Shown here: positions 39,201-50,789 of the stretch, one piece after another
How the letters are laid out: every line of letters starts with the position of its first letter
How positions within the stretch are numbered: position 1 is the first letter of the stretch
Assembly: GCA_002269645.1 (NCBI GenBank)
Contig: NIVC01002220.1
Span: 1-58,565 of the forward strand
Length of the DNA stretch: 58,565 nt
Origin: Macrostomum lignano
Lineage: Eukaryota
Reading direction: 5' to 3'
Program-made: the position numbers and the translations under genes
The notes under the pieces: model-generated
What the model was told of the DNA's origin: nothing
Databases searched by the model: none
Seen by the model: the letters and a program-made list of their open reading frames with translations, nothing else

Positions 39201-39495
39201 ACAGAGGAGAGTAGGGAGAGCAGAGAGAAGGGAGAGCGGAGAGAAGGGAGAGCGGATAGGGAGAGAGGAGAGTAGAGAGAGGGGAAAGAACGGAGAGAAG
39301 AGAGTAGGGAAAGGAGAGTAGGGAGATAGAAAGAGGACAGGATCGAGGTTGAGGCTGATAAAATGTGGCTCAAAGTTCTCACTTTCCAGGCATGCGAGTT
39401 GCAGGTTGTTGAGCCAACAGTAGTACCGATGTCGACTCACTGGCGAGTCCGGCAATGCAAAGCAGCAGTATAATAAGCGCACAATACATGTACAT
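36246..39495 (-). CDS. Unrecognised type I membrane protein (signal peptide, one TM helix, low-complexity cytoplasmic tail), about 520 aa, probably 5 exons
   Basis: Exons 39495-39383 (MYMYCALIILLLCIAGLAS..., donor gtgaga), 38871-38705?, 38643?-38250 (TM TLITLPVIGALIFAVAVACRCC, donor gtgggc), 37253-36628 (donor gttagt) and 36514-36246 (TAA). Three of the four junctions are phase-consistent GT-AG. The 61-nt intron 38704-38644 has a weak donor and is uncertain; an indel error is the alternative. Confidence 0.72.
37300..38106. repeat. 42-bp minisatellite (with 36-bp variants) inside an intron of the membrane-protein gene
   Basis: Unit about CCTGCACCCACCACCCCATTCCTCTCGCTTGTAAGTGTCCCG. Confidence 0.95.
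38960..39340. repeat. GA-rich low-complexity tract in intron 1 of the membrane-protein gene
   Basis: Irregular GGAGAGA units between the donor at 39382 and the acceptor at 38872. Confidence 0.85.
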
Positions 39496-39601
39496 ACGAG
39501 TACTCGTAAGCGTTCTCTGCATTACCATAAAAATCCAAAAGCCGAATATTTTCAACAGTTCAACAAGTCTGCACGAAGATATACGGTGTTTGCATGGTTA
39601 C

Positions 39602-39656
39602 TTTATAACCGATCCATAATTTCGGCTTCTCTAATTGGCCGCCTGTCTTGTCCAAT
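39602..39656 (-). promoter_or_regulatory. Putative core promoter (TATA box plus two CCAAT boxes) of the membrane-protein gene
   Basis: TATAAA on the minus strand at 39607-39602, ATTGG at 39634-39638 and CCAAT at 39652-39656. These lie about 110-160 bp upstream of the ATG at 39495. Confidence 0.4.
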
Positions 39657-41014
39657 CAGATTCCTTCGGGCTAACTCTAGTCTGCAATATACCATTATGT
39701 ATAAGACCTTCATTTTTTGCTACTACATGCACGCGTGATTGAGTTTAATTACCAAAAATCATTAAATTAAGTTTTTTGTTCAAATCGGATACAATCTTTT
39801 CTGCTTCAAATTCTGCTTTGATGGAGCTTGCAAGACACACAAGACTCTCCACCTGTTATTAATCCGATCGGTCAGACGGAAAATCCATTCGTGGGGTCAT
39901 TTTCGAGGGCAATTTTCACAATTGCAATTATTTCTCGGGTTCAATTTGAGTGAAAAGATTTTCTGTTCGTCCGCCGGGGTCGGCACTACCAACTAGCTGT
40001 GTACTTTTGCAACTTGAAACAAGCTGGACTCGTTTCTGGGAAAATTTAGCAGACAGGTTTTGTTGTTGTTAAACGAGGTGGGTAGCTCAGGCGCTCCCGC
40101 GTATCAGCCCAAGGAAGGGCTTTGCCGCTGAGGGGGGGGGCACATCTACCAGGGGTATATACATATAGCCCAAGCAGTCCGGGTTAAAACCTGACGTCGT
40201 GGCCTGGGGAAAACCTTATTGGTGCTACTAACCCAAGCCTATGGAGACGCCGTCAATCCATAGTGGAATCAGGGACGGAAGAGCAGACAAATCCCGGGAG
40301 TGCGCGAAAAAAGATTGGAAAATTCTTGAAATGCTACTGAAAGCGGTCCGAGAGCGGGGAGACCCCGAAAGAAAAACATTGCTTTTGATAGGAGGCAGAC
40401 CCAATGTTTGTCTTTTGATACGAGAGCTCTGCTTTTCCGGATTGATTGCTTAGGATACAAAGTGAACATAATCCTATACATTGATTATAAACGAAAATCT
40501 TTACGAATATCAAAAGCAATAACAATTTTTGTGCTGAAAAAATGAAAACCTCCTATCACCGTAGTGTATTTTTCGCTAAACCCTGCATTCTACATTTTTT
40601 CCAAGAAACGTACTTTTCCGTCAGCTTCTACTTGAGAGTAGTCCTTGACTTGAAACCGCCAGAAAAAATTCTCAATATAGATAAGAAAATGACTTCTGTA
40701 AAGTACATTAACAGGTTGAATCCTGGTTTAAATGTCTAATTAGTAGGATTTTCCTTATTTTAACTCGTATTTCTATATTTAACAGGCTTCTGTATCTAAC
40801 AGCTCTTGGCATTAGTCCAGACATCAGTATTAATTCATTTCTGACAAATTTACTTCACTGTCTACTTTCACTCGGCCATGAAAAGTAATAAACGTAGCGT
40901 GTTTAAATGAAAAACTGAGCAAGAAACACAAAATTTCCAAATGCCATTTTGTTCAACAAATATAAGACAATTAACTGTAAGAACGAACACCAGCTCAATT
41001 GTCAGTCTCAGCAA

Positions 41015-41017
<3 letters not shown>

Positions 41018-41078
<61 letters not shown>

Positions 41079-41086
41079 TCTCTCTC
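41018..41086. repeat. (CT)n microsatellite
   Basis: Direct reading. Confidence 0.95.
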
Positions 41087-41919
41087 TTGTCATCGGCTTG
41101 ACTTAAAAACCTTGATTTTACTAAATATATATTTTGAAATAATTTTTATGCATAGATATGGAGAGACAGAGTAGCGGACAATAAAGTTACAAATAATATT
41201 GAGATGTAAATATCCATATATGTATATATGGTTATGGTTATATAATGTCAATGCTTGACCGAACGGAGAAAATACAAAGCATTTTTTAACAAAAGAAAGA
41301 AATTTTGATTTCGAAGAATATTTTGATTAACTTTGAAATGACAAACAAGATTACACTTTGATTAAAAGCACAATACTGAAGAACCCGAAACCTGCATTCG
41401 AAGAGAGAATTAAATTTTCTAAGACTATAAATAACTCCTAGCAACAGGCGTTATTAATTTGTTCCCGTTCAAAAAGACAAACAGAATGACAAACAAATAA
41501 AGCATTACTTTCCAATTAGCAATGGGCACAAAATATTCGATACAGAAACTGTTTGTTTTCTGAGAAACACATCAACTAATTATTGAAATACATAGCATCT
41601 ATGAGAATTAATTTCTATTCATGCCGACAACTTGATAACGCAAGCAGAGTAATAAAAATGTCAAAAATGTTATAAATCACTATTGATATCGCATTGTATA
41701 CGAAATATATGACAACTAGGAACCACAAAGCTTCTATGAGTTATTCTAAACTCGCTAATTAATCTGACTAGTTCTTTATTACTTCTAAGATCACTTCTAA
41801 ATTCTAAATAATTAATAAAATCAAATGAAAATTATTCACTAACATGTAAAATGGAATTTCTCAAATTCTAAAAACTTCTACATTTTATTTCTTAAAAAAA
41901 CTTGAAACAATTCAATTTC

Positions 41920-42165
41920 TAAATACCGAAAAATTGAAATCCCAATTGTCAAATCCCAAAAAATTGAAATCCCGATTTTCAAATCCCATAAATTTGAAAT
42001 CCCTTTTTCCAAAATTTTGAAATTCCTACTGTTCTCAAATCTCCCAAAATTTGAAATCCTAATTCTCAGATTCCCAAAAAATTGAAATTCCTATTCTCAA
42101 ATCCCAAAAAAATTGTAATCCCAATTGTCAAATCCCAAAAATTTAAAATCCCTATTCTCAAATCC
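41920..42165. repeat. Degenerate AT-rich tandem repeat of about 29 bp (AAATTGAAATCCC...CAAATCCCA)
   Basis: The AAATCCC motif recurs at short intervals downstream of the SURF4 stop. Confidence 0.7.
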
Positions 42166-42461
42166 TCAAGAATGTTGAAATCCCTAAACTATTCAATCCG
42201 AATGTATCTATCTATCTTTCTAAAATCGAAAAGCACACAACCGTATATGTTACGTCGGGTAAAAACTAAGATGACAGAAGGGGGGTTACAGTCGGTATAG
42301 ACAACCATCTGTAACGGATAAGCTACTAGGAGCAAGCAGAAGAAAAACAAACAGGCAACAAAGACACACACAAACACAAACAAACAGAAGCAACACCGAG
42401 TAAGCAACAAAATTATACCGTCAAGAACTCGCACAAGCCAGACTGCGTTCTGCACTTTAAT

Positions 42462-45400
42462 TTACCAATCCTTCTTGCGCTGATCCAGGCTCACGTCACC
42501 GGGCCCGACGGCCACAATCATGAGCAGGCCGCCAACAGCCGACAGGGTTTGAAAGAAATCGTATTTAACAAAATCGCGCAGCATCTCCAAGTGCTTTTCG
42601 TTGAACGACCAGAACGGGTGGGAGAACAGGTTCAGAACGAATAGGAGCACAGCGGCGCCGAGGGCCACTGGCCGAGTTTTAAACCCGATGGCGATTAGCG
42701 CGGCAGCGATTAGGGAGATTAGCGAAACCAGGATGTCCAGGCCTTCTTGGAATCTGCTGGGGCGCATTGGGACTTTATGAAGGGATTTGATGACTCTATG
42801 GGGATCTGAGGGGGATTTGCCGACTCTATGGGGATCTGAGGGGGATTTGCCGACTCTATGGGGATCTGAGGGGGATTTGCCGACTCTATGGGGATCTGAG
42901 GGGGATTTGCCGACTCTATGGGGATCTGAGAGGGATTTGCCGACTCTATGGGGATCTGAGGGGGATTTGCCGACTCTATGGGGATCTGAGGGGGATTTGC
43001 CGACTCTATGGGGATCTGAGAGGGATTTGCCGACTCTATGGGGATCTGAGAGGGATCTGCCGACTCTATGGGGATCTGGGAGGCTGTGGTTCTGCAACTG
43101 ACACTCTGGAAGGCTGGCCCAGCAACTGACACTCTGGGAGGCTGGCCCAGCAACTGACTGAGGATCTGGGAGGCTGGCCCAGCTACTGACTGAGGATCTG
43201 GGAGGCTGGCCCAGCAACTGACACTCTGGGAGGTTGCCCAGCAACTAAGGATTTAGGAGGCTGGCCTAGCAACTGACACTCTGGGAGGCTGGCCCAGCAA
43301 CTGACACTCTGGGAGGCTGGCCCAGCAACTGACTGAGGATCTGGGAGGCTGGCCCAGCTACTGACTGAGGATCTGGGAGGCTGGCCCAGCAACTGACACT
43401 CTGGGAGGCTGGCCCAGCAACTGACTGAGGATCTGGGAGGCTGGCCCAGCAACTGACACTCTGGGAGGTTGCCCAGCAACTGAGGATCTGGGAGGGTGGG
43501 CAGCGACTACATCATGAGGACCTGGGATGACAGATGACAAGACAAGAATCCGGGCAAGGTGATTTCACCAAACCCCTCACCTCACAAGGCTGACAAGCAT
43601 GAGCACCAACAGCAGCCTGCCAGACAGTTGCAGCCACCGCTTCGGCTTGTTCTCGCTGATTGACGGTAGGCCGCCAAATACGACACGACCTTCGTTCTGC
43701 GACTCAACGTAGAGCAGCAGCAGGCCGCCAGTGATGGCCACAAGGCGCAACAGGTAGCTGAAGTCCTCGAATATAATTTTATACACAATAATCTGCATCA
43801 GAGTATTTCCGCCAAGGATTGCGCAAGCGATTGGCACTTGAACTCTAGCCAGTACTAAACCGCTGCCAACCAGCTGGCAGATCATGTTGATCAGCACAAA
43901 CAGGTGGCCCAGAAGAGCAAACACGTTCCATTCGCGAGACACATAATTGGCCTGCATGCTCCAGTGGGTTAGCATGCGGACCCCATCCTCTAGATAGGTG
44001 CTTAGCAGCAATAGTCGAGACACTGTAGGCAAGATGTGCTTGCCTCTGCGTTGCACCTGAGAGAGTAATCAATCGATTGGAGATTTTTTAGGACGATTTA
44101 AACTAATTCAATTCTGCAATATTCTAATTACAAACATTGCAATATTAGCTGAGATGTCAAAGCTCAATGGGGAGTTGCTGAGATGCCAATTGATTTAAAG
44201 ATAAATTTATAGATCAATAGATAAGAGATTTGATAAAGAATCATATTAATAGCCAAAAGTTCTATTTATCTTATTTGAAAAAAAATGTTAAGTAACAAAG
44301 TTATTACTAGCTATTCAATTTCCATTTGAAATCTTAAAGTAATTAAAATTTTATATAATTTCAAATTAAATCAAATGCTATTTGATAGTTAAAAATATAT
44401 ATTTGTTTAAAAATGCACAATTTCCACAATTTGATAATTACAAATGCTACTTTACTTTATAATTTAGCTATGTTCTTCACAATTTTCATAGTTTTAGTGA
44501 ATGAACAAATGTGAAAGAATTATATAATGAAGCATCTTCACAATTTTAAGTAGGCTATTAGTATTAGTATTTAGATAATATTTAATTGGTAATTGCCAAT
44601 CTAGTAATAAATAAAGTTTTGGCTTAATAGCATAGACCCAATTGGGTTATACTAAATTTGTCAATATCTAACTTGTCAATAGTTAAAACAAGTCTTTAAG
44701 CAAATTTGTTAACAACAAAATAGACGTACCTAAATGTGTTTCTTAATACAATAATGCAAATAGGCCCTATCTATAACTTATTAATATTGCACTCATCGTG
44801 TATTGAACTCCCTGAGTGAACTAGCTCACTTTAACCCAAATCTTATCCAAATTTAGCTTATTCTTCCTTAACTATTAGCAAAGATCTTTTTAGTACGACT
44901 TTATATTTCAAAATGCATACAAAAAGTTCTACTTGGGATAAGAATTGGAGTTTTGCAACAGGTATAAAATCTATAGATTTTAACATATTAGCTTGTAAAA
45001 AAACACTTAAAATATAAGCTATTCTTGCCTTTGTTATCCTATATCCATAGTTTGGATTGTGTATTAGTATATGCTAGGTTTAATGCCAGAAAAAATGACA
45101 AGACCTTGTTTAAACACAGGGTTTGTATTGCCAATACAAAAATTTGTCATTGGCACAATGTATTTACTATGTTATATATACCAGGATATACCCTAATGTA
45201 TGCTAAAAAATGGAAAGACCCTTGTAGAACACCAGGAAATCCCGGCATACATGTCACCTTCTAAACTATGGTCTTAGTCTTACATGTATCCTCTTAATAT
45301 GCTTTGTTTTTTATACAATTTTTAACATATAAATAGTCAATAACATAACATAAAGCCAAAGGCCTAGTCTAGAAATCAAATTTATCAACAATGCATGTTA

Positions 45401-45926
45401 AGGACCCATGACCTATCTAATTTAGGCCTAATATAAAATTATAAAGGCATTATATGTAAAATATAAATATTTGATTTGATTGATCATACTAATTTAAAAA
45501 TTACTAATAATACACTTTAAGTAATACTATTGATTCTTAAAACATACCTTCCCTTAAGCATTAAGTTTTAAGATTTATTCTGATAATTATACTTTAAATC
45601 TGTTTTCTTAATATTATATTTCAAATCAACTTAGGGCCTATTCAGTCAGGATCAGATCTTAGAAATTAAATACTGAAATAAAAAACAACTGAATTATAAA
45701 TATTCATACTCGACTCAGTGTTAGTTACATTAGTTATGCTTTAGCTCTTTGCTACGCTTTTAACTGGCTCAATAAGTATTGATGATTATAATATGCTCAT
45801 ATTATATTAGGACCTACATTTATAATGTCAATTAATAACTTAAATAAAGAATAAGACATTCACTACCTCATCAGCAGCATCCTCAGCAGCTTTCAGATAT
45901 TTTTTAACGGTAGAATTCGACGTCAT
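42462..45926 (-). CDS. SURF4: Surfeit locus protein 4 (SURF4/Erv29 ER cargo receptor), 3 coding exons, about 275 aa
   Basis: Exons 45926-45867 (MTSNSTVKKYLKAAEDAADE|gtagtg), 44056-43581 (VQRRGKHILPTVSRLLLLSTYLEDGVRM...GGLLLL...GRLLLVLM) and 42753-42462 (...IGFKT...KYDFFQTLSAVGGLL...GPGDVSLDQRKKDW*). Hallmark SURF4 motifs and a C-terminal dilysine ER-retrieval signal are present, and phases are consistent. Confidence 0.96.
42785..43500. repeat. Two abutting minisatellites (30-bp, then 28/32-bp) filling SURF4 intron 2
   Basis: (ACTCTATGGGGATCTGAGGGGGATTTGCCG)n runs to about 43080, followed by (GGAGGCTGGCCCAGCAACTGACACTCTG)n and its 32-bp variant. Confidence 0.93.
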
Positions 45927-46249
45927 TTGCATTGGTGAAAGTGGAAGAAAAGAACTTGACACCTATAGCCAAATTATAAACTTATAGGCAATAGTAGTTA
46001 TTAAATGAAAAAATCATTCAACTGTTTTTAATTTAAAAAATTCAAAATTCAGCATGAAGTAGTTTATGATGACGATGAAAACATTCGTAAATAACGATTT
46101 AATACACGAATGGACAAATTACAGAAAATATGCGCTATGTTCTGTAAAACATTAAAGTAAGCTTTAACTGCCCAGAGAACATCAGAATATGTATTCACTT
46201 GACGAAATTTTAAGGTTTGACTTTTTTCTTGTCATAGGGGCTGTGGTCT

Positions 46250-48261
46250 GCATATGCATTAATTTATACGGCAACTGCGCGGGCGCTAACACGCGCGATC
46301 AGGGACGGCGTGCACAGCCGTTTTGCCAGCGCTTTCATCACTGTGCTCGGCGGCAAACGTGGAGGTGCCGAGTACGCGGAGGTGTGTGCTGCAGTTCGAG
46401 CCGCCACAGAAAGCAGCCGGTAGGGCAAGACGACCCCACGATTCGGCAAGCGAGACTTCGCTTGAGCAGGCGACCAACCCGCGAGGCAGAGAAGGCCTTG
46501 ATGGGTGTCTATCTGCAGCGCCAGCAGGCTGCTGTTGATGACGCGCCATTCGGGCCGTCTCCGCCGTTAATTTGGGCCCGCGATGCCAAAAGGCCTGGTC
46601 GGCTACATGTATATCAACGCTATGACGGGGCGAAAGCGGCGCATTCCACTAAACCTGGAGGGCGACTCCCGATCTGCGGTCGAGCGCAGGAACGAGCTGC
46701 GTGAGTTCTTCGCCGCCATTTCCAACGCGCCGCCACCCCCGCTGCCAGACAGATGACGCTGCCGACTGATCTGCCGTTGCCGGCAGAGGAGAGAGTTCAG
46801 CCTACTAGCACAATCAGCATGCAGCCGAGGTTGTGAGACTCGCCCAACAGGCCCATTAGATCGGCGCTCCGCATCCACTGCATATGTGTGGCTAGCGAGG
46901 TCGCCCAGAGTGATGAATCACGGTGCTCTTCGCCCGGTGAGGTCGAGGCATGCACCCAACGAGATGGACCACGGCGCACTGCATCGTCGCAAATCCTAAA
47001 GACGCCGGGCATCACAAGGCTTGAGGAGCATCGAGGTATCTGCCTTCAGTCCTGAGCTGCGAAGCTGTTTAAACGGATGCTGCTATCGCGGTTGCAGTCC
47101 GTGCTGGATCCCTACCTGTGTCCTGAGTAAAATGGGTTCCGGCCACATCGCGGCAACAGTGACGCAGATACTGGCTCTGATCACCGAGTCATCGGGGAGG
47201 CGCAGACACGCCAGTCGATCCTGATGGTCATCTTCATAGATTTCAAGATCAAGGCATTCGACTCGGTCGCCGTCAGGTCTGTGCTCCTAAAGGTGCTCCG
47301 TGCGTACAACGTGCCAGAGCAGCTGATTTCCGTCATCATGGCGATTTACCGTGATACAAAAGCTATTGTTTCAACACCGGACGGCCTATCGGACTTCCTT
47401 TGAGACATCCTCCGGGGTGCTTCAGGGAGATACGCTTGCGCCGTTCCTGTTCGTTCTGGTGCTTGAATGGGTGCTGCGGACCGCTCTTCCTACCAACGAC
47501 GACGGCTTTCTGTTGCCTGGCTACGCCGACGACCTCGCCCTGCTGTCCTCAACTGCCGAGGGCGCCCAGCGACAACTGGACATGCTAGTTGCTGTTGCGG
47601 CGAGTGTCGGCCTGGTGGTCAACACGCAGAAGACCGTCGTGCTCGCTGCATGCCGGACGACATCGAGGCAGCGATTTTGTGCCGAGGCGCTGATGGACAG
47701 GCGACAGAGCTTCCGCGTTGTCAGCAGTTCGTCTACCTCGGCGGTCTGGTTTCCGGCGTCCGCGAGGATTTGCGGCGTCGCCGCGGGCTTTCCTCGGCTG
47801 CCTTTCGTTCTGTGAGGGCAGTCCTGCAGTCCGAGGCCCTGTCTGGCGTTGTTCCAGGCGGTGATCGAGACCGTCCTGCTGTACAACGCCGAGACCTGGA
47901 CGCCGACAGAGTCGCTCGAGCAGCAAGTTGACTCGGCGCTCGCTGGCCTGCTGCGCGCCGCCTTCAAGATCGGCTACGAGCGAGTGACCAACGCGGCTTT
48001 GTATCACCGCGCCGGCCTGGTCCGTCCAAGCGGCGATTCCAGCTGGCAGGCTACATCATCCGCGCCGCGAAGTGCAGGAAGTGCTGCTGCCAACGCTGCA
48101 GGCACCCTACCGGCGGGGGGCAGGCCCGCACTCGGCATTTCGTCGACTGCCTGCTGGCTGACGCCGGCGCCCCGGATTCGGCCGGCGGCGTGGCGTTCAT
48201 TTGCGACCTGGCCTTGAAGCGCGCCCTGTGACGCTAACTGCGTATCTTGTTGCTCTTGTTG
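46250..48261 (+). mobile_element. 5'-truncated, frameshifted non-LTR retrotransposon (RTE-clade-like LINE) with a reverse transcriptase pseudogene
   Basis: Broken frames give RGICLQS..AAKLF..RMLL.RLQ, NGFRP, IFIDF..KAFDS, SGVLQGDTLAPFLF, YADDLAL, GLVVN.QKT, FVYLG and VLLYNAETW. The short TTG-type 3' tail is at about 48245-48261. No endonuclease domain is recognisable, and there are in-frame stops and deletions. Confidence 0.92.
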
Positions 48262-49001
48262 TAAATTCCACTGTCCATTAGCGCGTTTATACACTGGCTG
48301 TATGTACAATACATGTAATATGTATAATTTATCAATGAACGGATGAAACAGCCATGAGTCACAGCGCGCATGCATGTACAATAAACTCGATGTCGGCTGA
48401 CGTTTCCCGACTTCTATTGACGTCTCTGATTAAAATTTACTTTTACACATTACATAACGACGTCATACATGCACATGTACATCGACTGAACGTCGGTGTA
48501 ATGTAAAAGTACATATTTCTCAGCCACGTCGGGTTTGCTGTACGAGAGGTGTACAATACATGTAAGGACTTAAAAATGGCCCAAAGCTTTATTAGTATTC
48601 CAAAATAATAATAAATTTGCTATAATGGATATGACAGACCGCCCACGCCTCTGACCTATATTAGGGCTTCTCCCACTTAAATTTCTTTCAAGGATCGACG
48701 TTCTTTAAGCAGCGAGGCGTGATCTAAGATGGAAATAAATGTCGAATCGTCATATAATTTCATCCGTATCGATCGTGACATTAATTTGGCTTCAACAGTC
48801 TCTCAATTCAAAATTCGTTTTTTAAAATTCACGATAACTTTTATAAAGCTTCCTTTCTGAAGCTCAATGGTCAAAGTGGGCGGCGTGGGTGTTTAATACG
48901 TCTTCTACAATACATACAGTGTTATCTTGTAATGTCTGTCCCATATTCAGCGTTATAAAGGAATTTTAAGAGTAACAAAGATGCGATCAATATATCAAGT
49001 T

Positions 49002-49677
49002 GCGCCCCTTGGTGCTGGCGCCCCTTGGTGCTGGCGCCCCTTGGTGCTGGCGCCCCTTGGTGCTGGCGCCCCTTGGTGCTAAAGCCCCTTGGTGCTAAAG
49101 CCCCTTGGTGCTAAAGCCCCTTGGTGCTAAAGCCCCTTGGTGCTAAAGCCCCTTGGTGCTAAAGCCCCTTGGTGCTGGCGCCCCTTGGTGCTGGCGCCCC
49201 TTGGTGCTGGCGCCCCTTGGTGCTGGCGCCCCTTGGTGCTGGCGCCCCTTCGTGCTGGCGCCCCTTGGTGCTAAAGCCCCTTGGTGCTGGCGCCCCTTGG
49301 TGCTGGCGCCCCTTGGTGCTGGCGCCCCTTGGTGCTGGCGCCCCTTGGTGCTGGCGCCCCTTGGTGCTGGCGCCCCTTGGTGCTGGCGCCCCTTGGTGCT
49401 GGCGCCCCTTGGTGCTGGCGCCCCTTGGTGCTGGCGCCCCTTGGTGCTAAAGCCCCTTGGTGCTAAAGCCCCTTGGTGCTAAAGCCCCTTGGTGCTGGCG
49501 CCCCTTGGTGCTAAAGCCCCTTGGTGCTAAAGCCCCTTGGTGCTAAAGCCCCTTGGTGCTAAAGCCCCTTGGTGCTGGCGCCCCTTGGTGCTAAAGCCCC
49601 TTGGTGCTAAAGCCCCTTGGTGCTAAAGCCCCTTGGTGCTAAAGCCCCTTGGTGCTAAAGCCCCTTGGTGCTGGCGA
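49002..49677. repeat. 16-bp two-variant minisatellite CCCCTTGGTGCT(GGCG/AAAG)
   Basis: Direct reading. The two variants occur in runs. Confidence 0.96.
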
Positions 49678-49689
49678 GTGAGTCCAGGG

Positions 49690-50460
49690 TGAGATCAGAT
49701 TGAGATCAGAGTGAGATCAGATTGAGATCAGATTGAGATCAGAGTGAGATCAGATTGAGATCAGAGTAAGATCAGAGTGAGATCGGAGAGTGAGATGAGA
49801 TCGGAGAGTGAGATCGGAGAGTGAGATCGGAGAGTGAGATCGGAGAGTGAGATGAGATCGGAGAGTGAGATCGGAGAGTGAGATCGGAGAGTGAGATCGG
49901 AGAGTGAGATCGGAGAGTGAGATCGGAGAGTGAGATCGGAGAGTGAGATCGGAGAGTGAGATCGGAGAGTGAGATCGGAGAGTGAGATCGGAGAGTGAGA
50001 TCGGAGAGTGAGATCGGAGAGTGAGATCGGAGAGTGAGATCGGAGAGTGAGATCGGAGAGTGAGATCGGAGAGTGAGATCGGAGAGTGAGATCGGAGAGT
50101 GAGATCGGAGAGTGAGATCGGAGAGTGAGATCGGAGAGTGAGATCGGAGAGTGAGATCGGAGAGTGAGATCGGAGAGTGAGATCGGAGAGTGAGATCGGA
50201 GAGTGAGATCGGAGAGTGAGATCGGAGAGTGAGATCGGAGAGTGAGATCGGAGAGTGAGATCGGAGAGTGAGATCGGAGAGTGAGATCGGAGAGTGAGAT
50301 CGGAGAGTGAGATCGGAGAGTGAGATCGGAGAGTGAGATCGGAGAGTGAGATCGGAGAGTGAGATCGGAGAGTGAGATCGGAGAGTGAGATCGGAGAGTG
50401 AGATCGGAGAGTGAGATCGGAGAGTGAGATCGGAGAGTGAGATCGGAGAGTGAGATCAGA
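49690..50460. repeat. 13-bp minisatellite (GAGATCGGAGAGT)n with 11-bp units at the left edge
   Basis: Direct reading. Confidence 0.96.
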
Positions 50461-50789
50461 GCGATTTTCAAAGATTCGAAGTCAGCTTTGCTGCACCTGC
50501 ACCAGTGATCAAAACGGTTACAACCGCAGACAGACAAGCTCCTCCCGATTTAAAATCAAATTTGTTACTTTTTTCGAAATTGAGTGGTTGCTGCATAGTT
50601 GGCTGTGGGAAACAATTTTGCTAATTGGAAATTTCGCACGTAGCTGGATTTTAGAATGCCAAGAGTTCCATTCTCACGGTTCGAAGTAGTGAAACTCGAT
50701 CTACTACGGTTCTGATACTTTTTTTTAACTTTCTCAAATCTGTTTTATCTTCTTGTAAATGTAGAATGTAATTCGCTTTGTGCCTCACT

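Noticed and set aside
40180-40235. Intact hammerhead ribozyme (CTGACG...GAAA)
   Set aside because: The core reads CTGACGT instead of CTGANGA, there is no good stem II, and no UH follows stem III. It is kept only as a tentative finding.
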